From Desulfobulbus propionicus (GTDB taxonomy: Bacteria; Desulfobacterota; Desulfobulbia; Desulfobulbales; Desulfobulbaceae), in contig PDTC01000009.1 in the NCBI GenBank assembly GCA_002748735.1, forward strand, positions 25,331 through 49,330: a DNA stretch of 24,000 nucleotides, given 5' to 3'. The position numbers and the translations under genes were made by a program. Positions 9,870-18,440 of the stretch are shown one piece after another (the first letter of the stretch is position 1; every line of letters begins with the position of its first letter). Under the pieces are notes generated by a model. It did not search any database. It saw only the letters and a program-made list of their open reading frames with translations, and was not told the DNA's origin.

Positions 9870-10690
9870 CAACCCTCGTACATCGTTATTACTTCATCTG
9901 TATAGGGACCATCACTGCAGGTGTGAAGGAACAATGGCTCGAGAAAGTGCAGTCCAGAGCCGCCGTTTTTGACCGCCTCCACCAAAACGAGAACAGCAGT
10001 GTCGCTTTGCGGATAACTGTAGACTGGCCTGACCCGTTTGACGATCAGCTGCCACTTGGCAAGGGCTTCCACCAGCACGGCAAAACGGTTCGCAGGGTAG
10101 ATCATGGCCACACGGCCCCGGTTTTTCACGGCAAAAGCCGCTGCTCGTGTAAAATCAACGATGCCGGCAGTGATCTCATGTCGAGCCAGGGCCGCCTCAC
10201 TGCCGTGGGAAATCCTTCCACTCGAAGCTGACCGAAAGGGTGGGTTGCACACCACCAGATCAAAGGACTCCGGGGCCAGGGTCTTGTGCAGATCCACGGC
10301 ATCAAGCTGATACACTGTCAGTCGTTTGGCATAGCCATTTTCCCGAGCATTGTCTCGAATCAACCTGGCAAGCGCCGCCTGCAGCTCAACAGCGGTAACC
10401 TCAATCTCCGGTGTCCTGAAGAGCATGATCAGACCGATAACCCCACATCCGGCACAGAGATCAAGGACCCGGGCTGCTGGCCGGACAAAATGGGCAAGCA
10501 AAACAGCGTCCACGGAAAACCGATATCCATGGCGGTGCTGCCGGCAGACGAGTCGACCATTAAACAGGGTATCCCGGCTGATCGCTCCTCGGTCCGGTGA
10601 TTGAACGCCTGGGTGTTCCTGCTCCACAGGTCCGGCTTTTTCTGCCTGCGGTACCCTCTCCCTGACACCGGGCAGTAGCTCTGTCTGCAT
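9869..10690 (-). CDS. Class I SAM-dependent N6-adenine methyltransferase, TrmN6 (YfiC)-like
   Basis: GYRFSVDAVLLA, LDLCAGCGVIG (SAM-binding) and the catalytic VVCNPPF motif are present. The start at 10690 is preceded by AAGGAAGAG, so the longer ORF to 10777 is probably an over-extension. Confidence 0.78.
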   Translation of the reverse strand: MQTELLPGVRERVPQAEKAGPVEQEHPGVQSPDRGAISRDTLFNGRLVCRQHRHGYRFSVDAVLLAHFVRPAARVLDLCAGCGVIGLIMLFRTPEIEVTAVELQAALARLIRDNARENGYAKRLTVYQLDAVDLHKTLAPESFDLVVCNPPFRSASSGRISHGSEAALARHEITAGIVDFTRAAAFAVKNRGRVAMIYPANRFAVLVEALAKWQLIVKRVRPVYSYPQSDTAVLVLVEAVKNGGSGLHFLEPLFLHTCSDGPYTDEVITMYEG

Positions 10691-10904
10691 ATCTCTTCCT
10701 TGTTTGTTGTCGTTTGGATCTGCCGCGCCAGGGTAGCGAACTTCTGATAATTCTGCTAAGATTATCCCGGTGGACATTTACCAATCGTCTACGTTGTACC
10801 ACCGGATGAAAGTGGGCTGCAAGCTGCTTTTCACCAAAGCGACAAGATCAACACGTCCTCTGGCCCTGCACCAGGCCAGGGAGGGCACGGACAAGGAAAA
10901 ATAC

Positions 10905-11273
10905 ATGGATATCTTTATTAAGACACACTTCTCCGGAGGCCATCATCTCCGGGATTACCCCGGAAACTGTGAAAAACCCCACGGGCACAACTGGAAGGTG
11001 AGGGTCACGGTGAGGGCCTCTGAGCTCGACCACCTGGGCATGGGAATTGATTTCAAGGTGTTGAAAAAGGAGGTCAACACCGTGGTCGACCAACTGGATC
11101 ACACAGACCTCAACAATGCTGCGGCCTTTGCCGACATCAACCCCTCCTCCGAACACATTGCCATGTTTCTGTTCAACAATCTGCAACCAGTACTGACAAC
11201 CGAGCGTTACCGCCTGTACAGTGTCGAGGTTAGGGAAACCGATAGCAGCGGCGTGATCTATTACGGTGACTGA
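10905..11273 (+). CDS. queD: 6-carboxy-5,6,7,8-tetrahydropterin synthase
   Basis: MDIFIKTHFSGGHHL...CEKPHGHNWKV is the QueD/PTPS zinc and active-site signature. The ATG at 10905 is preceded by AAGGAAAA. The upstream part of ORF 10770.. has no homology-like content. Confidence 0.88.
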   Translation: MDIFIKTHFSGGHHLRDYPGNCEKPHGHNWKVRVTVRASELDHLGMGIDFKVLKKEVNTVVDQLDHTDLNNAAAFADINPSSEHIAMFLFNNLQPVLTTERYRLYSVEVRETDSSGVIYYGD

Positions 11274-11934
11274 CACACTGCTGGTTAATGAACGTTTCCT
11301 CTCGATCCAGGGCGAATCCACGTATGCGGGCCTGCCCTGCCTCTTTATCCGGCTCAGTGGCTGTAACCTCAGGTGCGGCTACTGTGATGCCGCTTATACC
11401 TGGGAGGAGCCGGGCAATATAGAGACAGTTTCACAGCTCATGGCCTGGGCGGCTCGCTACCCTGACACCCTGATTGAAATAACAGGGGGCGAACCATTGT
11501 TACAGGAAAATGTCTATCCACTGATGCAGGGGTTTATCGATAATGGCAGGCAGGTGCTCCTGGAGACCAACGGCAGCGTTCCTCTATCCCGTGTTCCTGA
11601 CGAGGTAGCTATTATCATGGATATCAAAAGCCCTGACTCAGGAATGCATTTGTCCTTGGATTTGGGCAACCTTGAACTGCTCCGCCAACGCGCCCACAGA
11701 CAGTGCCCCGATGAGGTTAAGTTTGTTCTCTGTTCACCAGAGGATTTTCACTGGGCTGCAGGCATGGTTCGCCGCCATAAACTCAGCGATCATCTCCCGG
11801 TCCTTTTCTCGCCAGTAACCCAGCGTATCTCCCCTAAAACCGTGGCAGAGCTACTGCTTGATGCGCAACTGCCGGTGCGTCTGCAGCTCCAGCTGCATAC
11901 CCTGTTGTGGCCGGAAAAACAGCGCGGTGCCTGA
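11266..11934 (+). CDS. queE: 7-carboxy-7-deazaguanine synthase (radical SAM)
   Basis: FLSIQGES...FIRLSGCNLRCGYCD is the radical-SAM CxxxCxxC cluster in QueE context. The GTG start overlaps the queD stop (GTGACTGA). Confidence 0.88.
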   Translation: MTDTLLVNERFLSIQGESTYAGLPCLFIRLSGCNLRCGYCDAAYTWEEPGNIETVSQLMAWAARYPDTLIEITGGEPLLQENVYPLMQGFIDNGRQVLLETNGSVPLSRVPDEVAIIMDIKSPDSGMHLSLDLGNLELLRQRAHRQCPDEVKFVLCSPEDFHWAAGMVRRHKLSDHLPVLFSPVTQRISPKTVAELLLDAQLPVRLQLQLHTLLWPEKQRGA

Positions 11935-12148
11935 ATTCCCTTTGTCCCTGAAAGTGGTCCTGCTATTATGAAAAAGAAGAATGCTGGCGTGTCCATTGAG
12001 CTCTCGGGGTGCACCGAACAGTATTATTTTTGCCAAGCTGCTTCCAGGGCCGTGGCAAAAGTTTTACCATGCCCTGTTTTTAATGAACAAACAGTAAGGG
12101 CCGTACAAAAGGGCTTTCTTTTTTTCTCTCTACATTGCAGGAATTTTC

Positions 12149-13423
12149 ATGCAACTGAAATCTACGCGCATCGGTATCATTGGTCTGGGGTACGTGGGAT
12201 TGCCCCTGGCGGTCGAATTCAGCAAAAAATACCCCACTCTCGGCTTCGACCTGAAAGCCTCTCGGATCAACGAGCTGAAAAACGGCACAGATCTCACCAG
12301 AGAGGTCTCTGCCGAGGAACTGGCCAGGGCAGGAAACCTGGAGTACACGGGTGATATCGAGGATCTGCGCGCCTGCAATGTCTACATCGTTGCCGTTCCC
12401 ACTCCCATAGACGCCAACAAACAACCGGATTTCACTCCCCTGCAGGGGGCATCGACAGTGGTTGCCGGAGTCCTTGCCAAAGGTGATGTGGTGATTTACG
12501 AGTCCACCGTCTATCCGGGAGCCACCGAAGATATCTGCGTGCCCCTTCTTAGCAGGCTGTCCGGGCTGACCTATAACGAGGACTTCTTTGCCGGATACAG
12601 CCCGGAACGGATAAATCCCGGTGATCACCACCATCGATTACCGACCATCGTTAAAATCACCTCTGGCAGTACCCCGGAAACAGCAGATTTCGTCGACCAG
12701 CTCTACAGATCCATTATCACGGCTGGCACCTTCAAGGCCAGCTCCATGGCTGTTGCCGAGGCTGCCAAGGTTATTGAAAACACCCAGCGTGACGTCAACA
12801 TCGCCCTGATCAACGAACTGGCCCTGATCTTCAACCGGCTGCACATCAATACCCTTGAGGTACTGGAGGCTGCCGGTACAAAATGGAACTTTCTGCCCTT
12901 CCGGCCAGGACTGGTGGGTGGACACTGCATTGGAGTCGATCCCTATTATCTCACCCACAAAGCCCAGGAAGTAGGATACCATCCAGAGATGATCCTGGCC
13001 GGCCGACGACTCAACGACAACATGGGCGCCTACGTTGCAACCGAAGTGGTCAAGCTCATGGTTAAAAAACGCATCCAGGTCGCAGACGCCAGCGTTTTGA
13101 TCATGGGGTTGACCTTTAAGGAAAACTGTCCGGATCTGCGTAATACCCGAGTGGTAGATATCATTGCCGAGCTGCAAAGCTACGGGGCAGCCGTGGATGT
13201 TCACGATCCCTGGGCTGAACCACAGGAAGCCGAGGCCTATTGCGGGATCAAGCTCTTGAGGGAGATGCCGACATCTCGCTACCATGCAGTTGTCCTGGCC
13301 GTTGCCCATGACCAGTTCAAAGAGCTTGGCGCTGAAGAGCTCGCACAGATAACCTATTCCCAGGCAATTATTTACGATATCAAGCATGTCCTTCCAGCTG
13401 GTCTCAGTGACGGTGGCCTGTAA
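12149..13423 (+). CDS. Nucleotide-sugar 6-dehydrogenase, UDP-N-acetyl-hexosamine dehydrogenase-like (TviB/WbpO/CapL family)
   Basis: N-terminal Rossmann motif [14 protein letters not shown], catalytic [11 protein letters not shown] block, and roughly 424 aa length typical of the UDP-glucose/GDP-mannose dehydrogenase family. Confidence 0.88.
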   Translation: MQLKSTRIGIIGLGYVGLPLAVEFSKKYPTLGFDLKASRINELKNGTDLTREVSAEELARAGNLEYTGDIEDLRACNVYIVAVPTPIDANKQPDFTPLQGASTVVAGVLAKGDVVIYESTVYPGATEDICVPLLSRLSGLTYNEDFFAGYSPERINPGDHHHRLPTIVKITSGSTPETADFVDQLYRSIITAGTFKASSMAVAEAAKVIENTQRDVNIALINELALIFNRLHINTLEVLEAAGTKWNFLPFRPGLVGGHCIGVDPYYLTHKAQEVGYHPEMILAGRRLNDNMGAYVATEVVKLMVKKRIQVADASVLIMGLTFKENCPDLRNTRVVDIIAELQSYGAAVDVHDPWAEPQEAEAYCGIKLLREMPTSRYHAVVLAVAHDQFKELGAEELAQITYSQAIIYDIKHVLPAGLSDGGL

Positions 13424-13931
13424 AAGCCAAGAGCTTCATCTCCCGGGTCAACTGAGGCCCCATGCATATACTACATCTCGCCAATGTCCAGTGTTCACTA
13501 CGCAATCCTCGATCCAGGGACGAGGGATAAAACGAGACCATTGTCGAGCACCTGAGGTCCCTTGAGATCAAGCACTCTCATCCGGACTTTGGATGATCTG
13601 GGTTTGTAGCCGTTGGCATGGCCCTTACGCGAACAGGTTCACCGCAACGAATCGGCATCCAGGATGGGGTTATGCCCGTCCTTGATCTTTCGTGAGCAGA
13701 ACCGTCACCGTGTCGACCATACCGTTTTTAATGAAGGCTGCTAATACAATGCTCAGACTTTGTAGATTCAACAGAGTGGGTCATTTTAGTTCCTCGTTTT
13801 TGGGTTTTGATGAATTGTTGAGGAGTATTGACTTGACTGACATTTTCTAGCTCTGAGCTATTGCATCAAAATCACAGAAAGAACGGTACGCTAACGGCAA
13901 TTGTCCTAGAGTTTTTTCATCGTTAAAGTGG

Positions 13932-13960
13932 TTGACACAAAAGACTACAGGGGATACCCT
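13932..13960 (+). promoter_or_regulatory. Candidate sigma70-type promoter upstream of the FmdE-like gene
   Basis: TTGACA (13932-13937), a 17-nt spacer, then TACCCT (13955-13960), about 50 nt upstream of the ATG at 14010. That ATG has an AAGGAAA RBS. Pattern match only. Confidence 0.3.
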
Positions 13961-14009
13961 TTTTTCTGATCATGGTTGTCTTTGTTAATCTTAACCAAAG
14001 GAAACCCTT

Positions 14010-14921
14010 ATGATGCCCAGACCTTCATCCCTTCATCCGACTCTATTTTTCGGTACCCTGCTCTCTATGGTGGTTTTGTTCATAGCCTCTCCGGCCTCTT
14101 GCGGAGAACCGCTGTACAAGCAGGGTAAAGACATCTTTATTGAGACTGGAGTGACGCAACCGGATCGCGTTCCCACGTGGTTCGCGCCCATGGTTGCTCA
14201 GCCATACTCGCCGGTGTTCGAAATTTTGGCCACTCGCGGGACTCAAGGTCGTTATTATCCCTACACATACGCCGTGACCATGAAGGATATCGTCAAGTTC
14301 CACGGCCATGATTGCGAAGGTCTTTCCCATTGCGCAGCCTGCTGCAAGTTGGCTTTCAAGGTGTTGTTCCCTGACGGAATCATCGACCGGAGCGTGCTTG
14401 GAGGGGTTACTGGCAAATCACCCTGCTGGTCGGACTGCACAGCCTTTCTCACCGGTGGACGCATGCAGTATGGTAATCTTTCCTTTTTCAAGGAGAAAAA
14501 GTACGGGCATGCTCTCATCATCTATCGTCAGGACACCAAGCAGGCCGTCATGGCAACCTGGAAGAAAGGCATCAACAATATCCCCGGCGAGCCGCCGGTC
14601 CTGCCCGGAGTAATCGAATGGCAGCCCAAGGTGAACAGCAAAGAAGTACTTGCCTTGAAAAAGGTCGTCAAGGACGCCGGTGGCAAGCCAACTCCCTATC
14701 AGGTGGACCTGATGCGTTATCTGCAATTTACGCATATCAACGATATTTTCAGCCGTCCGCTAGAAGACAGTTATCAGGTCAAGGTCATCGAAAACTTCAA
14801 TCTTGCAGATTGGGCCGATCCAAGCAAGGCTATCGCCAATCCTCACAAACGAGGCGATATCCGTTTGCGTGACTATCCCTACCGCAAGAAGCCTATCGAC
14901 GGCCCACAGGAGGCGAAGTAG
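14010..14921 (+). CDS. FmdE-family protein with an N-terminal signal peptide (possibly a lipoprotein)
   Basis: FHGHDCEG...SPCWSDCTAFLTGGRMQYGNLSFFKEKKYGHALIIY matches the FmdE-domain pattern (FHGHxCPG...CxxD...TG...GNL...GK.A). The N-terminus is LFFGTLLSMVVLFIASPASCGEP, hydrophobic and followed by Cys. Confidence 0.7.
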   Translation: MMPRPSSLHPTLFFGTLLSMVVLFIASPASCGEPLYKQGKDIFIETGVTQPDRVPTWFAPMVAQPYSPVFEILATRGTQGRYYPYTYAVTMKDIVKFHGHDCEGLSHCAACCKLAFKVLFPDGIIDRSVLGGVTGKSPCWSDCTAFLTGGRMQYGNLSFFKEKKYGHALIIYRQDTKQAVMATWKKGINNIPGEPPVLPGVIEWQPKVNSKEVLALKKVVKDAGGKPTPYQVDLMRYLQFTHINDIFSRPLEDSYQVKVIENFNLADWADPSKAIANPHKRGDIRLRDYPYRKKPIDGPQEAK

Positions 14922-14985
14922 GCTGATGCCAGAGGTTCGCCTACGCTGACTCGCTCCCCCTTGGCATTGGCCGCCGTTTTTTGCC

Positions 14986-15021
14986 ACAGAAGTCCTTTGA
15001 CGCTGCTCAAAGGACTTCTGT
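14986..15021. repeat. Perfect 15-bp inverted repeat / hairpin (possible terminator or IS-internal structure)
   Basis: ACAGAAGTCCTTTGA (14986-15000), a 6-nt loop, then TCAAAGGACTTCTGT (15007-15021), located 65 nt after the FmdE-like stop. There is no immediate T-run. Confidence 0.5.
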
Positions 15022-15770
15022 CCATACAGTCTATTTTCTTTCTGAAAGTCTTTGCTGAGAAGCTCTCCATATTTTTTTCCACCCCAGCGAGGATGCTTTT
15101 TCTCTGAGAGAGAGCTTGTTGAGGGATGCGATTACTCGAAAGTTTTACCTCAACACCTTCACGGCAGGGAGCCGAACCATGTGCACTTATCTGCGCCGGC
15201 AAGGCTACGAGATCAACCGAAAAAAGTTCAGCGGTTGATGCGACTGATGGATTTGGAGGCGATCTATCCCCTAGCCCGAAACCAGTTGTTCTCATCCAGT
15301 GCATAAGGTCTATCCTTATCCGTTACAGGATTTGATGATTGATCGTCCCAGTCAGGCATAGGCAACCGATATTACCTACACTCCGCTGGGAGAGTATGTC
15401 CTTTGTGGCCATTATGGACTGGCACAGCCGCAAGGTGATCTCGGTGAGACTTTTCAACATGTTGAATTTTGTGTCGATGTCCTCGAAGAGGCTCTTACCG
15501 TTATGATCTGCCCGATATTTTTAATACCGACCAGGGCTGTCGTTTATCGACACGGAGTTTAGCTACACCTCGAAATCAGCCGGTATTGCCATCAGTATGG
15601 ATGGCTTTGGCCGAACCATGGCACCACATGCATCAAACGATTCTCATGGATGGTGAAATACCACTATCTGCACCTTCATACATTTGAGAACGACAAACTG
15701 CTTTAACGTGGGCTAACGTACTGGTTTAAAAACTATAACCGCCTATCGTCCTCAATATCCGAGGCGGCGT
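15022..15770 (+). pseudogene. Decayed, 5'-truncated IS3-family transposase (tail of orfA plus orfB/DDE integrase core) with multiple frameshifts and stops
   Basis: Fragments in all three + frames follow the order of IS3-family OrfB. They are LLRDAITRKFYLNTFTAGSRTMCTYLRRQGYEINRKK, KVQRLMRLMDLEAIYP, SQAWATDITYTPL, FCVDVLEEAL, PDIFNTDQGC, ISMDGFGR and YWFKNYN. No intact ORF exists and the boundaries are approximate. Confidence 0.75.
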
Positions 15771-15998
15771 GATATATTGGGATATATTGGGAGCTCATCG
15801 GCATTAAACACACATTGTGCGAATATGGGTGTGCGATGGATTCTTTTTAGAATTTCCCCGGGAGCTAGGGCCCTAAATCACTTCATAAAAAATTACTGCA
15901 AGGACGGTACATTATCGTCATTCCTCCCGGATACCTCCTGGCCACGTAGCGAGAAGCAAAATAAAAAAACCAGGGGACACAAAAAAGGGTGGACGGCG

Positions 15999-16040
15999 TT
16001 GCACAATCGTGATACATGAACATATAAATATATATTAATT
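15999..16040 (+). promoter_or_regulatory. Candidate arsR promoter with an overlapping AT-rich imperfect palindrome (possible ArsR/SmtB operator)
   Basis: TTGCAC (15999-16004), 18 nt, then TATAAA (16023-16028). TGAACATATAAATATATATTAA contains a TGAACA half-site like those recalled from SmtB/CzrA-type operators, but no clear TGTTCA partner is present. Confidence 0.3.
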
Positions 16041-16056
16041 TTTAGCAGAAGAGACT

Positions 16057-16404
16057 ATGACAACACACGAAATCTGCCATCCGGTGAATGCCAGTGAAAT
16101 CAGGGACCAGCTCCCCCTGGACAACCAGATGCAGGAGTTGGCCCAGTTCTTCAAGGTTTTCGCAGAGGCGAGCCGCATCCGAATTCTCATGGTGCTGTAT
16201 ATTCGCGAGCAATGTGTCTGCGATCTCGTCGATATCCTTGATATGAACCAACCGGCTGTCTCGCATCAGCTTAGGGTACTGCGAGCTGCTAACGTCGTCA
16301 AATCAAGGAAAGAAGGGAAACATGTCTACTACTCACTGGATGACGATCATGTACGAGAGCTGCTGTACGACGGCCTCGAACATATTCAGGGCCACTGCCC
16401 ATAA
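16057..16404 (+). CDS. arsR: ArsR/SmtB-family metal(loid)-responsive transcriptional repressor
   Basis: A winged-HTH block (QPAVSHQLRVLRAANVVKSRKEGKHVYYSL) is preceded by the CVCDL metal(loid)-binding motif (REQCVCDLVDIL). Confidence 0.88.
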   Translation: MTTHEICHPVNASEIRDQLPLDNQMQELAQFFKVFAEASRIRILMVLYIREQCVCDLVDILDMNQPAVSHQLRVLRAANVVKSRKEGKHVYYSLDDDHVRELLYDGLEHIQGHCP

Positions 16405-16482
16405 AGAAGAGGTCCATGTCGGGCGGCAAGCTTTTTAGACTTTGTCGTCAATACCTTTTTTCTCAAACCTGGAAACAAGGCT

Positions 16483-17628
16483 ATGTTAAACATTCTTGGC
16501 ACTGCGCTTGAAAATATGCTGCTGGCATCTTGGGAAATTATGCTGGCTTCCTCCCCTTTTATCCTTTTGGGCTTTTTTGTTGCAGGCCTACTCAAGGGAT
16601 TTATTCCCGCTGACTTTATAGAGCGACACCTGGGTGGTGACAAAAAGGCGGGAATTGTCAAAGCTGCACTCTTGGGGGTTCCTCTTCCCCTGTGAAGCTG
16701 CGGGGTTATCCCCGCAGCCGCAGGTCTGCGGCAACAAAAAGCAAGCAAAGGGGCTGTAACATCCTTTCTTATCTCTACGCCAGAGACTGGTGTGGATTCC
16801 ATTGCGGTAACCTATGCCCTACTGGACCCTATAATGACCGTTGTGCGACCAGTGGCGGCATTCATCACCGCCTCAGTCACCGGGCTGCTGGTCAATATTT
16901 TTGACAAAGACATCCCGCTCCCCTCCATGCAGCCCCCATCATCACCAACCGAATCGCCTCGTGCCCCCTCTTTAGCGATGGCCTCTTCACAGGATTGTAG
17001 TTGCGAGGGTTCCGGGTGTTCGTCAAAAAAGCATGCCCCGAACACAACTGTGCTCGACAAGCTCAAGCATGGCATGGTGTTTTCCTTTGGGACATTGCTG
17101 GGCGAAATAGGCCCATGGCTACTTGTCGGGGTAATCCTTGCCGCGATTATAACCGTCTTTATTTCTCCGGAATTCATCGATGCCTACCTGGGGAGCGGCC
17201 TTTTTTCGATGGTGGTCATGATCTTCCTGGCAACACCACTGTATGTCTGCGCGACAGCGTCGACCCCTATTGCTGCGGCACTCGCCCTGAAAGGGCTCTC
17301 ACCAGGAGCAGCTCTGGTGTTTCTGCTCGCTGGTCCGGCAACCAACATGGCGGCCATCACCGTTGTTATGAAGATACTGGGGAAACGGACTGCCATCATC
17401 TATGTCATCACCGTCATGAGCTGTTCCCTGCTGCTGGGAGTAGTTGTCAACAGCCTCTATTTTAATATCGGCCTCAGTGTTGCCGGATGGGTTAATCCAG
17501 AGGCACAGGGTTCCCATGGGCTCTTTTCTACACTGTCAGCAGTTGTCCTGCTTTTCCTTATCATCAACCCCTGGGTTATACGACAATACCAGAAAGCAGT
17601 ATCAACGCTGAGCATACGAAATGTCTAA
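16483..17628 (+). CDS. ArsP/COG0701 (PF03773-type) permease, candidate selenoprotein with in-frame UGA at 16693..16695 (predicted residue 71 = Sec)
   Basis: ORFs 16483..16695 and 16792..17628 share one frame, and 16696..16791 has no stop in that frame. The joined sequence reads GVPLPL-U-SCGVIPAAAGLRQQKASKGAVTSFLISTPETGVDSIAVTYALL. That is the conserved PLCSCG...ISTPxTGVDSI core of this permease family with TGA in place of the first Cys. A SECIS-like hairpin follows. Confidence 0.72.
16693..16731 (+). other. UGA codon plus candidate bacterial SECIS element inside the permease gene
   Basis: Hairpin 1 is GCTGCGGGG (16697-16705) / CCCCGCAGC (16710-16718) with loop TTAT. Hairpin 2 is CCGCA (16718-16722) / TGCGG (16727-16731) with loop GGTC. 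The 10-mer GCAGGTCTGC matches the apical part of the E. coli fdhF SECIS as I recall it, and the loop G lies about 28 nt 3' of the UGA. Confidence 0.6.
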
Positions 17629-17870
17629 AAGAGACTTACCCAGGAGTGATCGCGTTTTTTTAGCGCTAGAAAGTATCTCGAGAGAGCCCCATTATTTTGC
17701 AGGCCCGGGAGACAGTTGAGAGTTCTTCCGCAAGATTCAAAAGACCGGTCTTGTGTTTAATGATTGGCTTGGTAGAATGGAGCATGAGGGTTACCGCCTA
17801 TGGTTTTGGTTTTGTTGTTCGCACAACTATCAAAACCGGTACCTCTCTCTTTTGCAATTAAAGTGTACGA

Positions 17871-18440
17871 TTTAATCTGAACTAATTCAGTTTAAAATAG
17901 TGGACTGCAAGTCCAGCTTTTGACCGGCAAAGTCGGTTACGACTCGATAGCAAAACCATCATTGGGATCACGTTCAAAATGATACTTCAAATACGCTTGA
18001 ATCATTTCTTTGGTCAGCTCTCCAGCCGTAACACAAAGATAAACCACGTGCCCAAAAATGCTTCCCCCAATAATGCCTTTTGACCTTCCGATATCCCTTG
18101 AATATCTTTGCCGAAATATGGCCTTTAATCCTTCCCATCAATTCAGATGGCGATATCGTAGGCGAAGCAGACACCAGAATGTGTATCTGATCCTTACTCA
18201 CTACACCCCGGATAATTTGAACCTTAAACCCTTCGCATGCCTGACAAACCATTTCTCGAACTCGATTGACCAAATCTCCGCTCAACATATGGTAACGATA
18301 CTTCGTCACCCATACAAAATAATACTCGATCTTGTATTTGGCATGACTGCCATGACGGTATTTCATGCTTTGTCTATAATACAACTGCTAGCTGAAAGCT
18401 ACCCGTCTAAAGACGGGGGATTAAACCTTGGAAAGGACGA
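17871..18440 (-). mobile_element. IS200/IS605-family (IS200-like) element, probably inactive; ends approximate
   Basis: A Y1/HUH tnpA is flanked by subterminal hairpins. On the tnpA 3' side these are TTTAATCTGAA-CTAA-TTCAGTTTAAA (17871-17896) and TGGACT-GCA-AGTCCA (about 17902-17916). On the 5' side they are TAGCT-GAA-AGCTA (about 18388-18400) and CCCGTC-TAAA-GACGGG (about 18401-18416). Confidence 0.65.
17938..18366 (-). pseudogene. tnpA: IS200-type transposase TnpA (Y1 HUH), frameshifted immediately before the catalytic Tyr
   Basis: MKYRHGSHAKYKIEYYFVWVTKYRY...QIHILVSASP (HUH-like)...YWGKHFWARG then runs out of frame. Deleting one T/A in the homopolymer at 18041-18043 restores ARGYLCVTAGELTKEMIQAYLKYHFERDPNDGFAIES*, with a stop at 17938-17940. 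Confidence 0.8.

Noticed and set aside
11968-12354. A 128-aa ORF spanning the queE-dehydrogenase intergenic region and overlapping the dehydrogenase start.
   Set aside because: There is no RBS and no recognisable motif, and its 3' half overlaps the Rossmann-fold N-terminus of a confidently called gene in another frame.
15771-15790. A tandem direct repeat, GATATATTGG x2 (plus a partial GA).
   Set aside because: Only two copies with no spacers, so it is not CRISPR or an iteron array. It is most likely a slippage duplication in decayed IS sequence.
17743-17838. A 12-bp perfect palindrome, AAGACCGGTCTT, and a GGTTTTG...CAAAACC hairpin downstream of the permease gene.
   Set aside because: They may be a terminator or protein-binding site. 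However, they sit more than 100 nt from the stop and lack a clean T-tract. Nothing links them to a specific function.
17900-17960. A tRNA-Cys-like anticodon arm (GGACT-GCA-AGTCC) that could mark a tRNA or an att site.
   Set aside because: I could not build an acceptor stem, D-arm or GTTCGAATC-type T-arm around it. The loop is only 3 nt if fully paired. Its position just 3' of tnpA fits an IS200/IS605 subterminal hairpin better.
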